From an uncultured Bacteroidota bacterium (GTDB taxonomy: Bacteria > Bacteroidota > Bacteroidia > Flavobacteriales > BACL11): DNA of 64,000 nucleotides. Below, piece after piece: positions 18,609 to 29,026 of this stretch. Within the stretch, counting starts at the first letter, position 1. Each line of letters opens with the position of its first letter. Location of the stretch: assembly GCA_902587125.1 (NCBI GenBank), contig CACIJW010000004.1, positions 31,003 through 95,002 on the forward strand, read 5' to 3'. The position numbers and the translations under genes are program-made. Below the pieces are notes generated by a model. It was not told the origin of the DNA, made no database searches, and was given only the letters and a program-made list of their open reading frames with translations.

Positions 18609-19472
18609 ATGAGTTTCAAAATTTTCAAAGAACTTACCAAGTTCAGATTGTCACTTACTGTACTATTCTCAGCAATCACTGGATTCTTTTTAGCTATAGA
18701 CTCAGTAAACTATTATAGATTATTACTTTTATTTTTCGGTGGATTTTTTGTCACAGCTGGAGCAAACTCTTTTAATCAGATTATTGAAAGAGAATATGAT
18801 GCTTTAATGATAAGAACAAAAAAAAGACCTATTCCAGCAAAGAAAATTTCTTTAAACAATGCAATTTTATTTTCAACAATTATCTCAATTTTTGGGTTTA
18901 TCTTGCTAAATACTATTAGCTTTAAATGTTTCTATCTAGGTCTTTTATCTTTCTTGTTTTACATATACATTTATACTCCATTAAAAAGGAAGTCTTCATT
19001 AGCAATTTTTTTTGGTGCAGTTCCTGGCGCTATGCCGTGCTTGTTAGGCTGGGTAGCTGCCGTAAATGATTTCAGCTTAGCCTCTGGGGTTCTTTTTGCA
19101 GTACAATTTTTTTGGCAATTTCCTCACTTTATTGCAATTTCATGGATAAGAGATGAAGAGTATAAAAACGCAAAATTTAAAATGATGCCTGGTAAAATTA
19201 AGAGTAATTTTGCTCCAATACTTGCAATTATATTTACAATTTTAATGATTATAACCTCTATTATTCCATATTTTTATGATATAATGTACTTTAAAATCAG
19301 TAAATATGCTTTATCGTTGATAATTTTCTTGGGTTTATTTTTTCTCTTGAAATCTTTGAAATTTTTAAAGAGTCAGAACGATTATTCAGCCAGAAAAATG
19401 CTATTATTTTCTTATATTTACTTACCGATAGTTCAAATTTTGTATGTTGTGGATAAATTTTTAATACAATGA
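18609..19472 (+). CDS. cyoE: Protoheme IX farnesyltransferase (heme O synthase)
   Basis: UbiA-family polytopic membrane protein with NQIIEREYDALM (N-x3-E/D-x3-D). ATG directly abuts the preceding stop. Confidence 0.85.
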   Translation: MSFKIFKELTKFRLSLTVLFSAITGFFLAIDSVNYYRLLLLFFGGFFVTAGANSFNQIIEREYDALMIRTKKRPIPAKKISLNNAILFSTIISIFGFILLNTISFKCFYLGLLSFLFYIYIYTPLKRKSSLAIFFGAVPGAMPCLLGWVAAVNDFSLASGVLFAVQFFWQFPHFIAISWIRDEEYKNAKFKMMPGKIKSNFAPILAIIFTILMIITSIIPYFYDIMYFKISKYALSLIIFLGLFFLLKSLKFLKSQNDYSARKMLLFSYIYLPIVQILYVVDKFLIQ

Positions 19473-20056
19473 ATCAAAAAAAATATAATCGTTTAATAAC
19501 AGTTGTTTCAATATTAATACCATTAGTAGTGGCTCTTTTACTTTTTTTGAAGTGGGATTCTGATAAATTAGTATTTGATTTAAGAGCACCAAATTCTGAG
19601 CCAATAACACTTATTGAAAATTTACCTGTTGCCAAACCGCTTAAAAGTTTACCTCCCATTTACTCCAGTACCAACGCAGTGACTGCACTACTTCTAGTTT
19701 TTGCTTACATTGCAATTAGGAGAAAGAAAGTTAAACTGCATGAAAGTTTAATGAAAGTATCAATCGCATTATCTTTATCTTTTCTTGTAATGTATATCGC
19801 TTATCACATAACAACTGATCCAACTCCATTTGGAGGTTCAGGTTTGATAAAATACACTTATTACTTTATTCTAATATCACATATATTACTTTCGATTGTA
19901 TTAATTCCTCTTGTTTTGATTAGTTATGTAAGAGCCTTTCAAAAAGCATTTCCGTTACACAAAAAGATAGCTAGAATAACATTTCCAATATGGCTATATG
20001 TTACGGTGACAGGAGTTATTGTTTACTTAATGATCGCCCCTTATTATTCATATTAA
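19469..20056 (+). CDS. DUF420 family membrane protein (cytochrome oxidase-associated)
   Basis: Four hydrophobic helices and a C-terminal HKKIARITFPIWLYVTVTGVIVY. ATGA overlap with cyoE. Confidence 0.65.
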   Translation: MNQKKYNRLITVVSILIPLVVALLLFLKWDSDKLVFDLRAPNSEPITLIENLPVAKPLKSLPPIYSSTNAVTALLLVFAYIAIRRKKVKLHESLMKVSIALSLSFLVMYIAYHITTDPTPFGGSGLIKYTYYFILISHILLSIVLIPLVLISYVRAFQKAFPLHKKIARITFPIWLYVTVTGVIVYLMIAPYYSY

Positions 20057-20181
20057 GAACTGAAGAATAAAATATATGCAATTTTAATGGTCCAATAATC
20101 AATGATTTAGGATATTCATTACATTAAAAACTACAAATATTTGTATCTTGCAATCATAATTTTAGATAATCAAGCATCAAT

Positions 20182-23100
20182 ATGAAGAAGTTTATAATTT
20201 TTTTATCCATTTTATTCACTGTATTTTTCTCGCATAATTCCAAATCACAAACAATTGATTCCGTTTCAACAACAGTACCAATTTTATGCTATGGTGATTT
20301 AGCAACTGTAAATGTTTACATTACTCAAACCTCTCCAGCAACTCCTATCAAATTAATGAATTACAGGTTTGCAACACCAACATTTTTAGTTTCATACGGA
20401 TCTTCTGCTATTACAACAGGAACCACACAGCCGTTTTCAGGAATGATAGCAACTAACTACAGAATGCTTATGGTTGATTCAGCCTCTTTCTGGAGCGCGT
20501 TTCCTCCGCTACCTGGCTCAACAAATCCTTTTGTGCCAAACTCACAGCTTGTTAATCCATCAAACCCAGCAATTATTGGATATCAAGATTATACCGTTTT
20601 AGGTGTTCCAGTGCTTTCGGCCACCACTTTACAAACGGCTTTTAACGGATGTTTTGGAGATTGCAATGCTGCTCAAAATATAAGTATCTTAGGTGGGACA
20701 CCTCCTTATAATATCACAATAGCTGGTCCTGGTCCGGTAAATCAGTACAACGTATTGGATCCTTTTTCAATTGACACGACATACCAAAGTTTGTGTGCAG
20801 GCATATATACTTATTCTGTTTCAGATGTAAATGGTTGTTTAACTGCACCATCAGCTAGCTCTTTTAGTATCGGTCAGCCTACTCAATTATCAGTTTCTGC
20901 GGTAATTTCATCAGATTATAATGGAAGAAATGTGAGTTGTTATGGGGCGAGTGATGGAGAAATAACGGCAGTAGCTAGCGGTGGTACTGCTCCATATCAA
21001 TATTCTTTAGATGGATCTTCATATACTTCAGATCCTGTTTTTTCTGGTTTAAGTTCTGGTGTCTATACTGTATATTATAAAGATGCAAATAACTGTTTAG
21101 CCTCTGAAAATATAACAATCAATGATCCACCAACTTTATCTGGAGCAATTTCTGTAAACCAATCTGTGACATGCTACAGTGCTTGTGACGGATCACTACA
21201 ATTTATTGTCGATAATATTCAAACAGGAACAGCTCCATATACTTATTCAATTGACGGAGGTTTAAGTTTTCAAAATTCCAATACTTTTTCGTCATTATGT
21301 GGAGGAACTAACTATAGCATAATTGTTAAAGATGTCAATGGATGTACATTTTCTTCCAATATTTTTCTTTCTGAGCCAACTGAAATTTTATTTAATGTCA
21401 CATCTTCTAATTTTAATGGATTTGGAGTCTCATGCTATGGGTCTGATGATGGAGAGATTATTATTTTCGCTCCCTCTGGTGGTACACCCAACTATGATTA
21501 CTCAATTAATGGGGGAGCATCATATTCAAACTCTCTGATTTACAACAACTTAACCTCAGGAAATTATGTAGTCACAGTTAGAGATATTATTGGATGTACA
21601 GCTGATACAACTGTTGTAATTACAGAGCCCAATCAGTTTGATGTTCAATACACCTCAACTTCAAATTACAATGGAGTAAATGTTTCATGCTATGGTTCTT
21701 GTGATGGATCAATTTCAATAGCTCAATCTAATGGAGTTGGAGTGGTTAGTTATTCACTTTCTGGATCTGTCAATCAAACTGCTCCAATTTTCTCGGGTCT
21801 TTGTGGTCAGATATCCAATGGTTCATACAATTTAATAGCTATTGATGACAATGGTTGTGTTGACAGCGTTGATGTAACCCTAACTGAACCGCAAGAATGG
21901 GTTTACTCTGTTGATTCAATTGGTGAGACATGTAATTTATCTAACGGACAAGCTTCAATTAATATTACTCAGGGAGGTACCGGTTCTTTAGCATATCTAT
22001 GGGACGATCCAAATATACAAATTACATCATCTGCCATTAACTTAGAAACAGGTATTTACAATGTTACTGTCACAGATATTAATGGATGTAACTTTACGGA
22101 AGATGTCTTTGTTGCTGAGGCAGATATCACACTATCTTTTGATAGCGTTCCACCATGTAACGGATTAAATAATGGCTCAGCAACTGTTATTCCAGATGGA
22201 ACCCCTCCTTACCAAGTAATTTGGTTTAATGGATCAACTTCAAATACCATATCAGGTTTGTCACCGGGCTATTATTCTGTATCTGTAATCGATGGAACAG
22301 GCTGTCTAGTTACTGATTCTGTTTTAATACCTAATAGTGTATATGTAGATTTGCAGCTAGATTCTTTAAATTCTATATTAAGTGTTAATTGCAACGGTGA
22401 TCAGTCCAGTGGAATAACTTTAAATGCGACAGGTGGTACAGGCTCTAACACTTATCTGTATTATATTCCAAATACATTCCCTATACCGCAAGCATCCAAT
22501 GTTTTTAGTGGACTTTATGCTGGCAACTATGTGATGTTTACTGAAGATGCTAACGGTTGTACGGATAGCTTAAATGTTACTATCAATCAGCCTGATGAAG
22601 TAAACTTTTACACCTCAGTTTTTGATGTAAGTTGTTTTGCAGGAAATGATGGATCATTGAGTATTGATTCTGTCACAGGCGGGATACCTCCATTTAACTA
22701 TTTTTGGAACAATGGTTCAACAACCTCCTCAATAAATGGATTAACTGCGGGTGATTATATTATTTCTATAACTGACGCTAATGGTTGCATATCATCTCCA
22801 GCAGCTGATACTCTTACAGTGTCAGAACCTACAATTTTACAAAGCTCAATAAGTATTACTAATCATGCCACCTGCACTGGGGCTCAGACTTTAGCAACTG
22901 GTGAGCTAAATGTAACTGTTTTTGGAGGAACTCCAGGCTATAGCTATTCATGGAGCAATGGTGAAACATCCAATCAATTATCTTTTTTAATGCCAGATTT
23001 ATATGTGCTTAATGTGACTGACAATAATGGATGTTTACTAACAGATTCAGCTGAAATTCTTCCTGGTCAAAATCCTCAGCTTGATGTATTAGTTCAAAAT

Positions 23101-26100
23101 GTTTCTTGCTTTGGGGCAAACGATGGGATGATTTATACTTCTGCTTTTGGTGGAACATTACCATATCAATATAGTTCTGATGGGGGTAATACTTTTGTAC
23201 CCTCAGGTACACCCTTTGGTCCATCTGGTCAAGCATCTTATTTCATAACCGTTGTTGATGCACTAGGTTGTACTGACAGTGACTCAATTTATGTAAATGA
23301 GCCAGACTTACTAGTCATTAATAATATTATAGAGGAAAATGTTTCGTGTTATGATAGTGCAAACGGAAAATTAACCGTTTTTCATTCTGGAGGTACCACT
23401 CCCTTTACTTACTCATGGAGTGACCCTACAAGTCAGAGCACTATAACTGCGAACAATCTTTCACCAGGTAATTATAATGTTATCGTTACCGACACAAACG
23501 GATGCTCAGATACATCTTTTTCAGCACTGATAACACAACCAGATAGTCTATACCTATCAATAAGTTCAAGTCTTGTAAGTTGTCATGGTGGTGCTGATGG
23601 AAGTGCTAGCTTAACTGCTTTCGGTGGTACACCAAATTATCGCTACCTTTGGAGCAATGGTTCAATTACCTCAAGTATAAACAATGTCCCTTCATTAAAT
23701 TACACTGTAACAGTAACCGATGACAATGGTTGTATAAGAGTAGGCTCAGTGAATGTCACGCAACCACAACCAATAAGTAATATTTTTATAAGAGATTCAG
23801 TCACATGTATCGGAGGAAACGACGGTTTTGCTAATGCTCTTACATCTGGGGGAACTCCTCCTTTTAGTTATGTTTGGAGCAATAGTCAAACCACTAACCC
23901 TGTGAACAACTTATTTGCTGGATTAAATTATCTCCAAATAACCGATACTAATGGATGTATTTTTAATGATACGGTTAACATACTAGAACCATCTCAATCA
24001 ATAGAAATAGACTCTGCAATTACATCATCCATTACTTGCTATGGAGCAAATAATGGTACTGTAGCTATAATTGCATCAGGAGGAGATGTTCCTTACTTAT
24101 ATTCAATTGACAATGGTTTTAGTTCTCAATCAAACATAGGTTTCATAAATGTTGGTAGTGGACATCACATATTATATGTTGAGGATCAAAGGGGATGTGT
24201 GGATAGAGATACAGTAAATATCTATGAGCCAGATTCTTTATATATTGATTCTACAATCTACACTAACATTGAATGTTATTCTTTCTGTAATGGTTCAATT
24301 CAGTCTATAAATGCGATTGGTGGAACACAACCATATACTTATTCTGTTAACGGAGGCCTTCAACAATCATCAATGGCATATTTCAATAATTATTGTGCTG
24401 GCACTTATACAGTTGAGGTCTTTGATGAAAATAACTGTGTAGCACAAGATTTAATTATAATTGATGAACCTTCTGAGCTTAATGTTCAAATTGCAACATC
24501 TGAGTGGAATAATTACCAAATTAGATGTAATGGAGAGAATTCAGGTTATGCAGATTTTACAATTTCTGGTGGAATATCGCCTTATATTAAAACTTGCATT
24601 GAAGTTGCAACAGGAGATACGATTCAATCTTCATCAAGCTCTCACATTGACTCAATTTCTGCAGGATTGTACAGATTCATAGTTGAAGATTCAAGGGGTT
24701 GTGTGTTTAGCACTGACATAGTTTACTACGAGCCAGACCCAATTGTTCATTCATTTGTGCCAACTCATGTTAGTTGCAATGGTTGGAATAATGGAGCTTT
24801 AATTGATATTGTTAGCGGTGGTGTAGGAACAGCTACGTCTTATGTTTACTCTTGGAACACAGGAGACAGTACTTATTCAATTTCTAACTTATCTGTAGGA
24901 ACATACACTATTACAGTAGTTGATGAAAATAACTGTGCCTCAGTCGATTCTTATAATATTAACAACAGTTTAGCATTATCTGCTTCAATTAACAATTCAC
25001 TAACTAGCAATGTTTCCTGCTTTGACTTTTGCGATGGTATAATTTCTTTAAATGTTAGTGGAGGTATTCCAAATATCGATGCTAACGGTAATCCAATATA
25101 TACATATAGCTGGGATGATGTATTATCACAAAACACTATGACTGCTATTGGATTGTGTGTGGACAACAATACAAATAACTCAACATATTCATGTATTGTA
25201 TCTGACTCACAAGGATGTAACGATACAGTTTTGTATACATTAAATCAGCCAGAAGAACTTGTTGTAACAGCATCAGTATTAACGGATATATTGTGCTTTG
25301 GTGATAGTAATGGTAGGCTAACTGCGAGTGCAACAGGTGGTAATGGAGGGAAACAGTATTTGTGGAATAATGCGAACAACTGGAACAATAACCCAATTAA
25401 TATCAATTTAAGTTCTGCCAGCTATGTTGTTGTGGTAAGAGACAACAAAGGCTGTATGGACACTACTGAAATATTTTTACCTCAACCTAGTCAATTAGCT
25501 GTGTCAACGACTCAAAAGAATGTAAGTTGTTTCGGCGATGCTAATGGAGAGATTACTGCAATTGTAGCTGGAGGAACTCCCACACCAGGAATTCCCCCAA
25601 CTTATAATTATAATTGGTCTCCAAGTAACCAAACAACTCAAACTGCGATTAATTTAGATTCAGATATTTACATTGTTACAGTGACAGATAATAACAACTG
25701 TAGTGTAGTTTCCAATTCAATATTTATAACACAGCCATCAAATCCATTATCATTAAATGTAGACTCCACTGACGAAACTTGCTTGTTAGATAATGGAACT
25801 GCAACAGCATTTGTTAATGGGGGGACCCAACCTTTTGACTTTAGATGGACAAGTTCTAGTGGAGGTTCAATAACTCAAGGTACAGGTATCAGCTCAATAA
25901 ATAATTTATCTCCTGGGTTATACAATGTTGAAATTTCTGATAAGAACGGATGTATAATCAGTGGAAGCACTTTTGTTAATGGAGTTAAAAATATATTTCT
26001 TCCTGGCAATTTAGACAAGATTGATACTGTTATATGCTTAGGTAAAAGTCTTTATGTTGATGTAGAGGAAAAGCCAGGTTTTATATATGACTGGACTCCT

Positions 26101-26778
26101 GGCCCAAATACTTCTGATGTTAACTTACAGCCAACAACAACTGGGGTGCATAATTATATATTACGTGTAACTGAGCCTGGATGCAATCCTTATGAATTAG
26201 AAGTAAATATCAATGTTGAGCAAATAAAATCTGAAATTGCTATCAGAAATAGTGAGATTTATTTTAGAGCAGACGATGTAATTTCTCCAGACAAAGCTGT
26301 GAATATTTTATCAGTTGTAAGCGATGAAAGTATAACTATTTCCTCAAATCCCAACTTAGGAATATCTCATGAATGGGCATGGGACCAAGGAACAAGCACT
26401 GAGTCTGATATCCAAATTCCTAATATTGATAAAAATAAATGGATATATCTTAAACTTGATTCAAGTGGTTGTTTAGGATATGACTCTGTATATGTTGCAC
26501 TTTCAGTTATACCGTTTGATGCAATAAGTCCGAATGGAGACATGAAGAATGATACATGGAACATTTTGGGAATTACTGCAAATAGATATGATCAGGCTAT
26601 AATAACAATTTATAACAGATGGGGAGAGGAAGTATATAAAACTTATGGAGGAAGTCAGTTTACCCCTTGGGATGGAACAAAAGATGGTGATGAATTACCT
26701 GTTGGCACTTATTATTACATAATAGATTTGGCTGATCAAGATGAACCCATCACCGGCCCAGTAACAATTATTAGATAA
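20182..26778 (+). CDS. Giant secreted SprB-repeat adhesin-like protein with T9SS type-B C-terminal sorting domain
   Basis: 2198 aa with a signal peptide. About 23 tandem modules (C-Y/F-G-x-x-D/N-G ... GGTxPYxYxW ... NGC). C-terminus ISPNGDMKNDTWNILGI...YNRWGEEVYKT...PVGTYYYII encoded at about 26503-26775. Confidence 0.88.
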   Translation: MKKFIIFLSILFTVFFSHNSKSQTIDSVSTTVPILCYGDLATVNVYITQTSPATPIKLMNYRFATPTFLVSYGSSAITTGTTQPFSGMIATNYRMLMVDSASFWSAFPPLPGSTNPFVPNSQLVNPSNPAIIGYQDYTVLGVPVLSATTLQTAFNGCFGDCNAAQNISILGGTPPYNITIAGPGPVNQYNVLDPFSIDTTYQSLCAGIYTYSVSDVNGCLTAPSASSFSIGQPTQLSVSAVISSDYNGRNVSCYGASDGEITAVASGGTAPYQYSLDGSSYTSDPVFSGLSSGVYTVYYKDANNCLASENITINDPPTLSGAISVNQSVTCYSACDGSLQFIVDNIQTGTAPYTYSIDGGLSFQNSNTFSSLCGGTNYSIIVKDVNGCTFSSNIFLSEPTEILFNVTSSNFNGFGVSCYGSDDGEIIIFAPSGGTPNYDYSINGGASYSNSLIYNNLTSGNYVVTVRDIIGCTADTTVVITEPNQFDVQYTSTSNYNGVNVSCYGSCDGSISIAQSNGVGVVSYSLSGSVNQTAPIFSGLCGQISNGSYNLIAIDDNGCVDSVDVTLTEPQEWVYSVDSIGETCNLSNGQASINITQGGTGSLAYLWDDPNIQITSSAINLETGIYNVTVTDINGCNFTEDVFVAEADITLSFDSVPPCNGLNNGSATVIPDGTPPYQVIWFNGSTSNTISGLSPGYYSVSVIDGTGCLVTDSVLIPNSVYVDLQLDSLNSILSVNCNGDQSSGITLNATGGTGSNTYLYYIPNTFPIPQASNVFSGLYAGNYVMFTEDANGCTDSLNVTINQPDEVNFYTSVFDVSCFAGNDGSLSIDSVTGGIPPFNYFWNNGSTTSSINGLTAGDYIISITDANGCISSPAADTLTVSEPTILQSSISITNHATCTGAQTLATGELNVTVFGGTPGYSYSWSNGETSNQLSFLMPDLYVLNVTDNNGCLLTDSAEILPGQNPQLDVLVQNVSCFGANDGMIYTSAFGGTLPYQYSSDGGNTFVPSGTPFGPSGQASYFITVVDALGCTDSDSIYVNEPDLLVINNIIEENVSCYDSANGKLTVFHSGGTTPFTYSWSDPTSQSTITANNLSPGNYNVIVTDTNGCSDTSFSALITQPDSLYLSISSSLVSCHGGADGSASLTAFGGTPNYRYLWSNGSITSSINNVPSLNYTVTVTDDNGCIRVGSVNVTQPQPISNIFIRDSVTCIGGNDGFANALTSGGTPPFSYVWSNSQTTNPVNNLFAGLNYLQITDTNGCIFNDTVNILEPSQSIEIDSAITSSITCYGANNGTVAIIASGGDVPYLYSIDNGFSSQSNIGFINVGSGHHILYVEDQRGCVDRDTVNIYEPDSLYIDSTIYTNIECYSFCNGSIQSINAIGGTQPYTYSVNGGLQQSSMAYFNNYCAGTYTVEVFDENNCVAQDLIIIDEPSELNVQIATSEWNNYQIRCNGENSGYADFTISGGISPYIKTCIEVATGDTIQSSSSSHIDSISAGLYRFIVEDSRGCVFSTDIVYYEPDPIVHSFVPTHVSCNGWNNGALIDIVSGGVGTATSYVYSWNTGDSTYSISNLSVGTYTITVVDENNCASVDSYNINNSLALSASINNSLTSNVSCFDFCDGIISLNVSGGIPNIDANGNPIYTYSWDDVLSQNTMTAIGLCVDNNTNNSTYSCIVSDSQGCNDTVLYTLNQPEELVVTASVLTDILCFGDSNGRLTASATGGNGGKQYLWNNANNWNNNPININLSSASYVVVVRDNKGCMDTTEIFLPQPSQLAVSTTQKNVSCFGDANGEITAIVAGGTPTPGIPPTYNYNWSPSNQTTQTAINLDSDIYIVTVTDNNNCSVVSNSIFITQPSNPLSLNVDSTDETCLLDNGTATAFVNGGTQPFDFRWTSSSGGSITQGTGISSINNLSPGLYNVEISDKNGCIISGSTFVNGVKNIFLPGNLDKIDTVICLGKSLYVDVEEKPGFIYDWTPGPNTSDVNLQPTTTGVHNYILRVTEPGCNPYELEVNINVEQIKSEIAIRNSEIYFRADDVISPDKAVNILSVVSDESITISSNPNLGISHEWAWDQGTSTESDIQIPNIDKNKWIYLKLDSSGCLGYDSVYVALSVIPFDAISPNGDMKNDTWNILGITANRYDQAIITIYNRWGEEVYKTYGGSQFTPWDGTKDGDELPVGTYYYIIDLADQDEPITGPVTIIR
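20650..25990 (+). repeat. Tandem array of about 22-23 divergent SprB-type repeat modules (78-87 aa each) inside the adhesin gene
   Basis: Module-initial Cys codons are at 20938, 21172 and 21433 (aa 253, 331, 418). The motif pair recurs through aa ~157-1930. Copies are divergent at nucleotide level. The boundaries are approximate. Confidence 0.7.
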
Positions 26779-26789
26779 AAAATTAGATC

Positions 26790-27725
26790 ATGACATTTAA
26801 GAAAAGTTTATACCTATTATTTTTAATTGCAATTGTCCCAATTTATGCAAGCGGACAGCAATTGCCACAGTTGACTCAGTATATGATGAACAATTATGCT
26901 ATAAACCCTGCTGTTGCAGGTATGCAAGACTTTTACCAAATTAGAACTACAATTAGAAATCAGTGGGTAGGTATTGAAGATGCGCCAACAACAAATATAT
27001 TAAGTGTTTATGGAAAAAGAGGAAACAATGTAGGTTTAGGAGGAATTGTTTTTAATGATCAAGTTGGTCCGACAAGTAGAATAGGAGCTAATATGTCTTA
27101 TACATATCATTTTAATTTGAGTAAAAAGACAATGCTAGCATTGTCTCTTTCAGGAGGATTTACCCAGTTTAAAATTGACAAAATAGGTTGGAATGTTCAA
27201 CACCCTGATGATCCAGTTACTCAAGGTGATGTAATCGTTGATGCAATTCCTGATGCTACATTTGGATTTAATTTTTACGGAAAAAATTGGTATCTAGGTG
27301 GTTCCGTACCCCAGCTGGTAAGTTCTAATTTAGAATTATTAGACACTGATTTTGCAAGAAATTTTAATACTGAAATGACAGGTAGTTTAAGCCCACATGT
27401 TTACATCTTAGGAGCATATCAACATACAATCAATGACTTTTGGAGTGTAGAGCCAAGTGTTCTTGTTAAATATATGGATCCTACTCCAACTCAGTTTGAT
27501 ATTGGATTAAAAACAGAATATAACGATAGGTTATGGGCAGGACTAAATTACAGAAGCAATGGAGATATGGCCGCTTTATTTGGTTATAATATTGGTGAGA
27601 GATTTATTGTTGGTTATTCTTATGATATTGTAAATGCTGACATAAATGATTATTCTTCCTCCTCTCATGAGTTCATGATTGGAATCAATTTTGTTCCTGT
27701 AAAAGAGAAACAACTTATTGATTAA
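26790..27725 (+). CDS. PorP/SprF family type IX secretion system membrane protein
   Basis: Signal peptide followed by QQLPQLTQYMMNNYAINPAVAG, the characteristic PorP/SprF N-terminus. The sequence is beta-barrel-like. It starts 11 nt after the adhesin stop. Confidence 0.82.
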   Translation: MTFKKSLYLLFLIAIVPIYASGQQLPQLTQYMMNNYAINPAVAGMQDFYQIRTTIRNQWVGIEDAPTTNILSVYGKRGNNVGLGGIVFNDQVGPTSRIGANMSYTYHFNLSKKTMLALSLSGGFTQFKIDKIGWNVQHPDDPVTQGDVIVDAIPDATFGFNFYGKNWYLGGSVPQLVSSNLELLDTDFARNFNTEMTGSLSPHVYILGAYQHTINDFWSVEPSVLVKYMDPTPTQFDIGLKTEYNDRLWAGLNYRSNGDMAALFGYNIGERFIVGYSYDIVNADINDYSSSSHEFMIGINFVPVKEKQLID

Positions 27726-27733
27726 ATAAAAAT

Positions 27734-27764
27734 AAAAAAAAGCCTCAAATAATTTGAGGCTTTT
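27734..27764 (+). terminator. Rho-independent terminator after the adhesin-PorP/SprF unit
   Basis: Stem GCCTCAAA (27742-27749) / TTTGAGGC (27753-27760) with loop TAA. It is flanked by an A-run upstream and TTTT downstream. Confidence 0.8.
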
Positions 27765-27931
27765 AATTGTTGTACTTTAAATAGGGAAAGAATTGTACAA
27801 CCCAAAACAAGTATTACGACTTGCCCCAAATTTAGTTTGATTTACACGGCAAAGGGATCAAGTTGGTAATTTTTGTTAACATAAAATTGTTGAATAACTT
27901 TTAGGTCAAAAAACTATTCAAAAAATTACTT

Positions 27932-29026
27932 ATGAAATTAGCAATTCTGGGAACAAGAGGAATCCCAAATAATTACGGAGGATTTGAGCAGTGTGCAGAG
28001 GTTTTAGCTGTAGGTTTACAAAAAAAAGGGCATGAAGTCACTGTATATAATCCTTCTTTTCATAGCTACAATAAGAGAGTATTTGATGGTGTTACAATAA
28101 AAAAAATATACTCACCAAATAAACTAATTGGTAATTCTGCATCAAATTTTGTATTTGACTATTTATGTTTTAAAGATGCTGTAAAATCTGATTATGATAT
28201 TATTCTGGAACTTGGACTAATAACATCCTCTCTATCTGTAATTTTTTTAAGACACAGAGGAAAAATTATTGTTACTAACATTGATGGAATAGAATGGAGA
28301 AGAAAAAAATGGAACTTTATAATTAGATTCATAACAAGAAATATGGAAAAATTAGGTATACGGTCTTCTGATTATCTAATTGCTGACAACTTAGGAATTA
28401 AAGATTATTTAAAAAAAACATATGATATAAGTGCAAAATATATTGCTTATGGAGCTGACATATTAGATACTCCAGATTCCAAAATATTAAATGATTATAA
28501 TTTAAAAGCTGGAAAATTCATATTATGTGTAGGAAGAATTGAACCTGAAAACAATTATGAAATGATTTTTAATTCCTATGTAAAAGCCAAATTAAATATT
28601 CCGTTGATTATAATAGGAAACCATCTAACAAAATTTGGTGATTATTTAAAGGATAAATTTAAAAATGAAAACATTTATTTCTTTGGAGCAATTTATGATA
28701 AAAAGATTTTAAATAATCTAAGATATTATTCAAAATTTTATGTTCATGGTCACTCAGTTGGAGGCACAAATCCATCGCTAATTGAAGCTATGTCTGCTAG
28801 CGCATTGGTTCTTGTACATAGAAATAAATTTAACCTATCTGTTTTAACAAATAATGAGCTAGCTTTCTCAAACTCCGATGAATTAAAAGAACTTTTGTTA
28901 GACAGTAAAATTGTGTCAGAAAAAAAGAAACATATTAGTGAAAATCTCAAAATTATAAAAGAGAAGTTTTCTTGGCAAAGAATTATTGACGATTACGAAA
29001 CTTTTTTTCTTAGTATTTTAAATTAA
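27932..29026 (+). CDS. Glycosyltransferase (DUF1972 N-terminal domain, GT4-like)
   Basis: N-terminus MKLAILGTRGIPNNYGGFEQCAE is typical of DUF1972 glycosyltransferases. C-terminal half has GHSVGGTNPSLIEAM. Confidence 0.8.
   Translation: MKLAILGTRGIPNNYGGFEQCAEVLAVGLQKKGHEVTVYNPSFHSYNKRVFDGVTIKKIYSPNKLIGNSASNFVFDYLCFKDAVKSDYDIILELGLITSSLSVIFLRHRGKIIVTNIDGIEWRRKKWNFIIRFITRNMEKLGIRSSDYLIADNLGIKDYLKKTYDISAKYIAYGADILDTPDSKILNDYNLKAGKFILCVGRIEPENNYEMIFNSYVKAKLNIPLIIIGNHLTKFGDYLKDKFKNENIYFFGAIYDKKILNNLRYYSKFYVHGHSVGGTNPSLIEAMSASALVLVHRNKFNLSVLTNNELAFSNSDELKELLLDSKIVSEKKKHISENLKIIKEKFSWQRIIDDYETFFLSILN

Noticed and set aside
20650-25990. The possibility that the repeat array in the adhesin gene is an assembly collapse or expansion, or a nucleotide-level tandem repeat.
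   Set aside because: Repeat copies are clearly divergent at nucleotide level and vary in length (78-87 aa). The single frame also stays open for 6.6 kb, which argues against misassembly. Only long reads could settle it fully.
21323-26564. Alternative-frame and antisense ORFs within the giant adhesin gene: 21323-21538, 23009-23236, 24461-24682, 24951-25169, 25145-25396 and 26367-26564.
   Set aside because: The main frame carries an uninterrupted, highly patterned repeat protein with a signal peptide and a sorting domain. The embedded ORFs are short, have skewed composition and show no motifs.
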